The position numbers and the translations under genes are program-made. A DNA stretch of 64,000 nucleotides from NCBI GenBank assembly GCA_050084985.1, contig JBITNC010000001.1, positions 97,774,001 through 97,838,000 on the forward strand, read 5' to 3'. Below the pieces are notes generated by a model. It ran no database searches, was not told the DNA's origin, and was given only the letters and a program-made list of their open reading frames with translations. Shown piece after piece: positions 53,837-64,000 of this stretch; within the stretch, counting starts at the first letter, position 1, and each line of letters begins with the position of its first letter. Source of the DNA: Nageia nagi (taxonomy: Eukaryota > Plantae > Pinophyta).

Positions 53837-55019
53837 TAAATAACGCGATCCAAACTATTTAGCAGTGGATAAATTGTAATAAACCAGAAATTTGGGATTT
53901 CGTTGTCAAGTGATTGACGAATAAACACACGTCATAGCTTCTATTTTTGTTCTTCTTGCTCTAAAATATGAATTGTAAAATGTATTTCTTGATACAACGG
54001 GGCCTTCCAAATCTTAAATGCACAGATTACATAATATGCATTGGAAATTATTATAACGAATCGAAAGATCAATGGAGGATAATTCATAGAAAAAATATAA
54101 AATGTGTATATGGTCATATATATGGTATGATCCTTATAACAAATAGATAGAAAATAAAAAATCACCTTTTGAAAGCAAAAGGTATTATAGACATCCACAT
54201 AATCTTAATAATGTGCATGACATCTATTTTCTTCTCGTTTCCATTACTAATTGGAATTTTTGATGTTGATTTCTATTTGTAACATGTTGAAATTGATTTA
54301 TGTTAGAAAACATTGTTAGTTAATACATCATACAATGATAATGAAATGGTTTAAGTAATGTAATATAAAGGTAAAGTAATATTCTTAAGAAGTTGAGGAG
54401 ATATTTATTTATCTATATCCTCGATTTTGATTTGTTTTAGATTTTTTTGATGTAATGTGTATAAAATAATTTATCTAAAATAGTTGTTATATTTCTTTAG
54501 AAAATATTATCATATTAAAATGTTTTAATGATTATAAGAATATTGAAATAGTTTCTAATTATTAATATTTCGAATGTGTGGATCTAGATTTTGATTTCAC
54601 TTGTTCCTTATTAGTTTACTTTTTAAACTCGTAGAATGCAAGTTAAGGTATAATATCAACTTTTATGAATAAAAGGTCTACTTTAATTTGTCATGTTCCT
54701 TGATGATAGTCAAAACTTGTTAAGAAGAAAATTAAATGAAAATATGCCTTTCAATATAGGAGACATATCATGTAACAAGAAATAATACAATCTTTCATTA
54801 TTTGGCATAATCAATTGCAAGTCCAAGTCTAAGAGAAATCTAGTATACTAATATATATCTCAATTACATGAATGATGTCTTTCTAAATTCATTCATGTAA
54901 TTTTTTTATGTTATGGATGGTAGGGAAATTTTATATTATTTGACCAAGGTGGCAACAATAAAGGATTGACCAAAAACCAAGATATAGATAATTATGATAA
55001 GCTTCATTAGTGTAATATG

Positions 55020-56298
55020 ATATTTAAGGAATTTTATTCAAGATTTTTTACACACAACAACCCTACTTCTCAAGTTGTTATAGAAAAAGAAGAGCATATT
55101 GTGGGATAAAGAGTAGGAGGAAGAATTATAGAGACTAAAAGATAATATCTACAAAGCATCAATCTTATCCATATCAGATATAAAAATACAATTTGAAGTG
55201 AAGATTGATGCATCCAACCATGCCATGAGAGCAATACTACATCAAGGTAACAAATCAATATGTTACCATTCTAAGTTATTTTTTGGAGCTATACTTAGCT
55301 ATAACATATTTGATAAGAAATTATATGCTTTGGTACAAGTTATAAAGAAATGGTAAAACTAACTAATGAGGAATGAAATGGTAATGCATACTAATCATGA
55401 ACACTTCAAGTGTTTATGAACTCAAAGAAAGTTACAATAAGTTGATCATTCTAAATGGATTGGTTTTCTATAGTAATTTAATATCTTAACTAAATAAATA
55501 AGGGGTAAAAATAAAAAATTATATTAATATGATGTTCTATACTCTATACTCTAATCAAACTTGCATCAATAGTTATGAAAAATGAACTATTTCCATTAGA
55601 TTAGTATAGGCAAAAATATGAGGAGGAAGAATTCATAGGCAAATGTAGGGAGTTAAATATTGAAGAGAAATCTAAATCATTGGAACAATACCAATTAGAG
55701 GGAAGAATACTATTCAAATTCAAAGAGAATTATATATCAAAAGAAGATAACTAGATATAATTGATGCAAAAGAATATTTAGAATGTACAAGATAATGACA
55801 AATTTATAAAGGCATATGTACTAGTAAAATATGTAGAATGAGATTGTTAAATTCATCTAGGGTCCCCAAATATGCGATATCATTAAACTTGATCACTAAA
55901 TTGGGATTGCACACTCCTCTACCAATTCCTAACTGACAATAGAAAATCATCTCTATGGATTTTCCAAGTGGCTTGTTAACCACTAGAAAAAAGAATGATT
56001 ATATGTTTGTAATAATACATAGATTTACTAAGAAGATTGTTATCATTATTTTTTAAGATAATTATAACAATAGAAGGGGTAATAAACCTATTTTTCTAAT
56101 ATATATTCATACACTTTGGACTATCTAATAATATCATTAATTATAGAGATACTAGGTTCCTTAATAAGTTTTGGAATATGCTTTGCTAAACATTGAACTC
56201 TAAGTTGAAAAGGTATACATCATTTCATTCATATATTGATGGTTAGGATGAGGTCATTGATTAGACCTTAGAACATCTATTGAAGGGTTATAATAAAA
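55020..56298 (+). mobile_element. Degenerate Ty3/gypsy (CRM/chromovirus-like) RNase H and integrase fragment
   Basis: FEVKIDASNHAM..ICYHSK..DKKLYALVQ..KKW; LHTPLPIP..ISMDF..DRF..HFGL..FW; many stops. Confidence 0.8.
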
Positions 56299-57330
56299 GG
56301 GTGAGTGCAAGAAGTTGGGTCCACTTTAGGGCAAAAAAGTGGAAGTGTTTTCTTTAATTTTCAAGTTTGGGCATGATTGATCTCAAAATTTGAAGCACTT
56401 AAATATAGAATCATGAAAAATATCATTGCATTGAAAATGTAGTGCTCAAAGTCTAGTTTTCAAATATGTAATTTATTCCAATATCCAAATAATAGAAATT
56501 AAATTTTTATAGGGATGAACAATAACCACTTTTAAAAATATACTATTTTAATACCATACCATGCACGTGTCTATCATGCATAATTTGACCAAAATGAAGC
56601 TATTTTTTAAAATCATTTTAGGCATAGATACTATGATATTGAAGCTTATCCTTGATATTTTTCTAGAACTTTTTTCTGATTTTTTTTATTAATTTTGTAT
56701 CGATCATGTTTGTTGTTTCGAAAAGTGCTTCTTTTTGTCATGAATAATTTAACCTTAACTTAATTTTTATTTTTATTTTTTCTTATAAATAATTCTTTGA
56801 AGCTTTTCCCTATATAATGCTTTTTCTTAAATCCAAAAAAATATTTAAATAATAGGATAACCTCATATTTGAAGTATATGGACCATTTTTACTAAAAAAT
56901 AATTGAAAAATATAAAATATTATCTAATTGTAAAAAAATGAATATTTTAAATCTACACTCTTTAATTTATAATGGGTTTTAATTTCATGAAAATCTTCTA
57001 CCGAAAACTCCATTAAACATATATCTGAAGTTAATATTTTCTATCAAAATTACACAAACACATGCTTGTAGGTCCAAGGCTAAGGGTTGGCTCACCAAGC
57101 CTTTTTTAAGCCTAAAAATGAGGTTGAATTGGAGATTCAAATATCAAGATCTCAATATTTAACACTAAGAAAATGCATGTATTATAGTTTCAAATATCGA
57201 GAATCCAATTTAAAATCAGAATCTCGATATTTATTAGGATCTTGAACCTAAATCAAGATACTAATTTTAATTTATTAAAATTGGGATCCTATTTTTTTTT
57301 ATATTGAGTTTTAACTTCACACACTTCCCC
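56299..57330 (+). mobile_element. Non-autonomous TIR element (MITE-like), copy 2, complete (~1030 bp)
   Basis: Left end GGGTGAGTGCAAGAAGTT and right end AACTTCACACACTTCCCC form an imperfect 18-bp TIR; it abuts the gypsy integrase fragment; no long ORF. Confidence 0.8.
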
Positions 57331-57720
57331 ATAAAGTGAACTCAACTTCTTACTTTTACCCAAAAGGAATCCCAATACCTAGGATGATAGTTTACCCTAT
57401 ATTTAATAATACTAGAATAGAGCAATATAGCCATTTATGTATCTTTCTCCATATTAGTTTTTACCTCATTCATCCTTTGATGGAGTTTTCAAAAACTATT
57501 TTAAGGAATAAGAGAGCATTATGTTGGACGATAATTGGGTACTTAAATTCATTCAATGAATTCAACTTAATCATTAAAAGTTAGAAGAAGATTTAAAATG
57601 AACTTATCAAAATTGTAAGTAGCCCATGATTAACATTAGACTATACATCAATTCCAATTTATATATTTGATGTAGATTCATCTAATCAAGGAGAATTTAC
57701 AAGATTTAGGTAAGAAATTA

Positions 57721-57950
57721 TACTATATCAAAAACCACTTTTGGTGGTAGTTTATAACCACCATTAAAGTCCTTTATAGGTAGTCATCTATCTGCTATCT
57801 ATGATCTCATCATTAATAGTTGACTCCCTATGGTGGCAATTAATAAGTGCCCATGTATAGTTATATAAATTATCATTGAAATACATATGGAGGTAGCTAT
57901 TCACCACCCCAATAGACTATAAAGTGGTAGTTTAAAGTTGTTATCAAATA
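57721..57950 (+). mobile_element. CpG-eroded CACTA-type left terminus with subterminal repeats
   Basis: TACTATATCAAAAACCACTTTTGGTGGTAGTTTATAACCACCATTAAAG can be read as CACTA...GGCGGCGG...AACCGCCG after deamination. Confidence 0.5.
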
Positions 57951-57957
57951 ATTACTT

Positions 57958-59550
57958 TTAAAAAATAAGCATAATCTGAAAGTATTCTTCCATCATGTTC
58001 AAATTATATGGAAAAATTCTTCTAGAATAAGCCTTTCCCAGTTACCTAAGGTACACAATTGTTAAGGATCAATTATAGTGTTGAACATGGGCTTCCAAAA
58101 TATGGACCAATGGAATTGACCAATTATTGTTCAATCTCTTACCTTACTCATCCTAGTCCAAGACTAGTGGTTCCTAAAGAAAAGCTTAACCACACCTCTA
58201 TAGTGACCTAGTCCATATATATTTAATGTACTACCTTTTTCATGCTTATAAAACATATTTCAAAAATTGATAAAATACCTTTTTTCATGCAATTCATGGC
58301 TACAAAAAGGACTTCTTAAACTTTTTATGAAGTGCTTGGGAATAAACACTAATAACATAAAACCCATTTTTGTATATACCTTATAATCATTACAAAATAT
58401 GTATCTTGTCAAATAATTCTTAGGCCTTGTATATTATTCCATATTTTGCATACATATGATCTATCATGGCACTTACAAACCACAATATTTGATTTACAAG
58501 AATCAAGTAGACACATCCATACACCTAATTTAGCTTTTATGAGTATTTTGGTAGTATCTTGTCAAATAATTACTATACCTTATGGTGTATTCTTCCATAT
58601 TTTGCATACATGTAATTTATTAGAGCACTTACAACCATAATATTTGATTTACAAGCACCAAGTAGACACATCCACACATCTAGTTCAAGTTTTATGGGTA
58701 TTATGTCATTGAAGTTCAAAGCACCCTTAAGATAGCCTAGTAGCCAAGAAGGTCAACAATGCATGTATAATGATTCATCCTAGGAATAATATGTAAAATC
58801 AATATAAATTTAAAGTGCCATGGTCGAAAATCCTAGATAAGAAGAATTAAGTACCAAGGGAGGGTTGACTAACTAGAGATAATTATGCATGCATGTTAAT
58901 AATTCAAAAAACTAGTTTAGCAATTGAATCATGGGGGGAGGATAATTGCCTTTATTTTAGATCTTATAAAGGAATAAAGCATACTAGAAATAAGGTTTAC
59001 AACTTTGAAATTGGAAGACTTTGTAACTTTTGAAAGAATAGAGTGGAATGCAATTTGGTTATTTGATTTGAGAAAAAGTTGGGAGGAATAACATATTGAA
59101 GGATTATTATAATTGTATAATTTATTATATTTAGTTATGATAATGGAATTATTATTTGAACTTTCAAGGTTATATAGTTCTTAATTAGCTTGTACTTAAT
59201 ATATATTTCAAGCTTATTCACAATGATTCTTAGTGTTCATTATGTGTATATTAACATGAAATATTTATGTAATTATTTTAAGTTTTGAATTCAATATTTA
59301 GCAATTATATCCCATTAGGCATTAAGTTAACATTAAATTAATTTTATAAGACTTATAGATTTGTAAGTGGTGGTGGAGTAGATCCATAATTTTAACACAC
59401 AATTATTGATCAATCAAGCTTATTTTTATTCTTATAACTAATATGAACTTAGGTTATGCAACCAAATACCTCAAATGACTAGTATTATTCTTATTTTAAT
59501 ATCATGATTTATAAAGAATCATCTTATAAATAATATTTGTAGACTTATAT
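57958..59550 (+). repeat. ~1.6-kb direct repeat, copy B1 (contains PPR-derived fragments on the minus strand)
   Basis: Colinear with 61291-62911. Confidence 0.9.
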
Positions 59551-59771
59551 TAAAAAAATATATTCTAGTAACAACTATTTATACTAATAACAACTAATTA
59601 TCAATATACTTAAGTTAGCTTCAAAGCATGATCAAGATATAACTTAAGTGTGGTCAAGTTGTAACAATAGGTAGTCAAGATGTTACAAGAAATGCATACT
59701 TAATCAATATATAACATAAGTACAACATTTATAACTTATCCAAAATATAATTGAATGATTCCTAAAATGTA

Positions 59772-61100
59772 ATGAATATGGAAATAAATAGAGTGGAGAC
59801 AAATCCACCTCATGAATGGGTTAATATTCTCAATAAGGATAGAGCAAAGCTTATGGAAGAAATAAGAGTTGATCTTGAGACCATGATTATTGATAACAAC
59901 CTCTCATTATTATCCCAAAAGATATCTTTAGTTATGAAATATATCAATAAAATAACATACTTATAGGGAGGTTTGTTGGAATTAGACCAAGCCAAGAAGT
60001 AATTTGGAAATGCATGATTAAAAAAATTGGAGTAAAGATCAAGTGGAGCTAGTTGCGCTACCTAGAAAATTCTTACATTTTAAATTTCATTACAAGGAGG
60101 ATATATTGAAAGTTATTAAGTTCTAGGTCCTTGGTTTTTAGGGAAATAATGCTTAGTGTTTAAATATTGACATTAAAGGATTTAGCCCAAAGATAAAAAA
60201 TATAAATCTTATACCCACTTGGGTTAGTATTCCAAATCTATCAATGTAATATTTAAATATAAGTGTGATTCCAAGAATTTCAAAAGGTATAGGGGAACAA
60301 ATGTTAATTAAGAAAGGAATTAAGACTCAAAGAAGAATGACTAATGTTAGATTCTATGTTAATATTGATATTACTAAGAAACTAAAGAAAAGAGTTTTTA
60401 TTAATGAATAGGATGAAGGAACTTGGGAGGAAAAACTTATTTATCAAAACCTTCCATTACAATGTACAAGACATTGTAATTAATTCTACCATTATGCAAA
60501 AGAATTCCCAGTGAGGTGTAAAGAAGTGAGTGAAGAAAATAGAATAAATAAAGAGGGAAAAAATGATAAGGCATGGAGAGAATCTCAAGTACAAAATAAT
60601 AGAAGAAAAAATTAAGCCCAAATGTAGAATAACAAAACCTAAAATCAAGATCTAAGATTGTGAAAAGGAAATGAACAAAATTAGAGGGAAAATCCAACAA
60701 ATGATAGAAATCCATTTGGGATCTTAGCGATTTTTGAAGCTAGCAATCTAGAAGATGAACAACAATTTGTAATCAATAAGGAGATGAAAATTTTGAAAGG
60801 ATTAAAACAATATGAACTAATGGAGGATGTAATGGATGAAAATTTGGGAAAAATGGTTCACAAAAAGAAAAGCTAAAGAAATGATGAAGAGCAGGTTAAT
60901 GAAGTCCCACAAAAAATACCTCAAGAAGATGAGATCCTGATTAGATAATTATCCAACTTTAGAAAGACTCCAATGTAGTATAAAGGCATATGAGAAGGCC
61001 ATCATAATAAGAAATAATACATAAAAAAATAATCAAAGATATAGAAAATGGGTTACAATACAACTTAGAGTAGAGTTGACATTTATTTCTCCCTACTAAG
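59772..61100 (+). mobile_element. LINE ORF1 (DUF4283 / zinc knuckle) relic
   Basis: LIGRFVGIRPS, GPWFLG, PTWVSIPNL, RFYVNIDITKKL, YQNLPLQC motifs. Confidence 0.75.
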
Positions 61101-61290
61101 GATCCAATGAAGAGGAAAGTGACATAGACACTAATAGGATAATATAGAATAGTTATGCTTATATTTAGGATAAATATATTTTACTTCTACATAATTGCAA
61201 TGAGATGTTTAGGACCTAACTCACTCGCCTATAAGCATTAAGCTTCGAAAAATAGTTTAGGTCGAGATAAGAAAATAAAATGAACCTAAG

Positions 61291-62911
61291 TAAAAAAATA
61301 GGCATAATATGGAAGTATTCTTCCATCATAAAATTAGATGGAAGAATAATTTTAGAATATGCCTTCCTTAGTTACCTAAGGTACACAACCCCTATGGATC
61401 AATCATGTTATTGGCCATGGGATCCCAAAATATGGACCAATGGAACTAACTAATCATCATTCAATATCTTACCTTGCTCATCCTAGTCAAATACTAGAAA
61501 CACCTAAAGGAAAGCCTAACCACACCTCTAATATAGTGAGCTAGTCCATGGATATTCAATGCACTGTATTTTTCATGCTTGTAAAAATCCCTTCAAAAAG
61601 AGATAAACCTTTTTTCATGCAATTCATGGCTACATCAAGGATGCCTTAACTCTAATGAAGCACTTGGGAACCAACACTAACAATATAAAATCCATTTTTG
61701 TATGTACCCTATAATTATTATAAAATATGTATCTTATCAAATAATTCTCAATCCTTGTGTATTCTTCCATATTTTGCATATATGTGATCTATTAGGGCAC
61801 TTGCAACCATAACATTTGATTGAAAAGAACCAAATAGGTACATCCACACACCTTATTTAGGTTTTATGTGTATTTTGATAGTATCTTGTCAAATAATTCC
61901 TAGGCCTTGTGGTGTATTCTTCCATATTTTACATACATATAATTTATTAGAGCACTCACAACCACAACATTTAATTTACAAACACCAAGTAGACACATCC
62001 ACATATCTATTTTAGGTTTTATGGGTATTGTGTCACTAAAGTTCAAAGCACCCTCAAGATAGCCTACACAACAAATAAGATCAATAATGCATATATAATG
62101 ATTCATCTAAGGAATAATATGTAAAATCAATCAATGTAAATTTGGTAATATGTAAAATCAATATAAATTTAGAGTTCCATGGTAGAAACTCTTGGAAGAG
62201 AAGAATTATGTTGAAAATATAGTAGTGAGAGGATTGAGAGATAAATAGTTTAGAAATTGAATCATGGGGGGATGATAATTCCCTTTATTTTAGATATTTT
62301 AAATAACTAAAGCATGATAGAAATAAGGTTTATGAATTTAGACCTAGAATACTTTGTAACTTTTGAAAGAATAGAGTGAAATGCAATTTGATTATTTTAT
62401 TTGAGAAAAAGTTAGGAGGAATAACATATTGAAGGATGATTATAATTGTATAATTTATAAGATCTAGTTATGATAATAGAATTATTGTTTGAACCTTTCA
62501 AGGCTATATAATTTTTCATTAGCTTGCAATTAATATATATTTCAATCTTATTCATAATGGTTCTTGTCTATTTTTTTCTTTTCCACTATAATTTTAGTTT
62601 TCACTATATGTATATTAACATGAAATATTTATGTAATTATTTTAATTTTTGAATTCAATATTTAGCAATTTTATCCCATTAGGGATTAAGTCAACATTAA
62701 ATTACTTTTATAAAACTTATAAATTTGTAAGTGGTGGTGGAGTAGATCCATAATTTTGATACTCAATTATTGATCAATCAATCTTATTTTTATTCTTATA
62801 ACTAATATGAACTTAGGTTATACAACCAAAGACTTTCAAATGACTAGTATTATTCTTCTTTTAATATCATGATTATAAAGAATCATCTTATAAATAATAT
62901 TTTTAGACTTA
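61291..62911 (+). repeat. ~1.6-kb direct repeat, copy B2
   Basis: Colinear with 57958-59550. Confidence 0.9.
61690..62106 (-). pseudogene. Scrambled PLS-class PPR gene fragments
   Basis: HYICIIDLICCVGYLEGALNF..IPIKP..WMCLLGVC (end-of-array/E-motif consensus) fused to VVVSALI.YMYVKYGRI.KA; paralogous copy at ~58380-58780. Confidence 0.75.
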
Positions 62912-62953
62912 CACTAGACAAAAAAAGGCTTTTGGGGTGGTTACAAACCATTG
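62912..62953 (+). mobile_element. CACTA left terminus fragment
   Basis: CACTAGACAAAAAAAGGCTTTTGGGGTGGTTACAAACCA starts exactly where repeat B homology stops. Confidence 0.5.
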
Positions 62954-63910
62954 GGGTGAGTGCAAGAAGTTAGGTCCACTTTATGGCCAAAAAGTGAAAG
63001 TGTTTTCCTTTATTTTCAAGTTTGGGCAAGATTGATCTCAAAATTTGAACACTTAAATATGAAATCATGAAAAATGTCATTACTATGAAAATGTAGTGCT
63101 CAAAGTTTGGTTTTTAAATATATAATTTATTCTAATACCTAGATGATAGAAATTTAATTTTGATGGGGATGAATAAAAATAAAGTTTTAAAATATACCAT
63201 TTTAGGACCATACCATGCACATGTCCATCATGCATAATTTGATCAAAATCAAGGTATTTTTTAAAATCCTTTTAGGAATATATACCTAAGATATTGAAGC
63301 TTGTATTAGATATTTTTTTCATAATTTTTTCATGAATAGTTTTTTTATTAATTTGTTATTGGTCATGTTTGTTGTTTCAAAAAGTGCTCATGTATTTAAT
63401 GCATAATTTTACCTAAACTTAATTTTTTTCATAAAAAAAAATTATCTTTTAAAGAATTCTCTAAAGCTTGTCCCTATATAATTTTTTTCAGAATTCCTAA
63501 AAATAAAAAATTATTAAGAAAATAAGATACTATCATATTTCAAGTATATGTACCACTTTTACTAAAAAATAATTGAAAAAACATAAAATTTTATCCAATT
63601 CTAAAAAAATAGCATATTTAAAATCTACGCTCTTTAATCTATAATGAATTTTAATTTCATGAAAATAATCTACCAAAAACTTCATCAAATGTATACCCAA
63701 AGTTGAGATTTTCTATTAAAATTTCCATGAACACATACTTGCAGGTCCAAGGCTAAGGGTTGGCTCACCAAACCTTTTTTGAGCCTAAAACTAAGGCAAA
63801 ATCAAAGATTTACATATCAAGATCTTGATATTTAATGCTAAGAAAATGTATGTATTTCAATTTTAAATATCGATATCTCGAATCAAAATCAAGATCTTGA
63901 TATTTATCAT
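62954..63910 (+). mobile_element. Non-autonomous TIR element (MITE-like), copy 3
   Basis: Starts GGGTGAGTGCAAGAAGTT; colinear with 56299-57240. Confidence 0.82.
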
Positions 63911-64000
63911 TTCAAAAAGTGCTCATCTCCCTCAAGCATAATTTGACCTAAACCTATCACTTTTTTTAAGTTGTAGAGAATTATATGCAGAATGTGGATT

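Noticed and set aside
57958-62911. Repeat pairs A and B as LTRs of intact elements
   Set aside because: No TG..CA termini, PBS, PPT or TSD were found.

Overview
AT-rich plant nuclear DNA. The element types and the heavy C>T/G>A decay suggest a gymnosperm-like large genome, but that is inference. Most of the window is nested, decayed transposable elements: two Ty1/copia elements, Ty3/gypsy Tat/Ogre-type relics (extra RNase H, antisense plant mobile domain), a near full-length L1-type LINE plus a LINE ORF1 fragment, a CRM-like gypsy fragment, a solo LTR with a 5-bp TSD, three copies of a ~1 kb TIR element, eroded CACTA ends, a near-perfect 5 x 392-bp tandem array, and two pairs of 1.6-1.8 kb direct repeats carrying gene-like fragments. 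The only host gene is a 5-exon secreted GMC oxidoreductase (HOTHEAD-like) at 51796-53836 (+). It looks intact apart from one frameshift in exon 4 that would remove the catalytic His. No rRNA, tRNA or CRISPR array was seen. I cannot support a clearly new biological system. The best leads are the frameshifted short-loop GMC gene, the tandem array at a rearranged junction, an in-frame RT-less copia, a copia with an extra upstream ORF, and duplicated mosaic PPR fragments next to CACTA ends.
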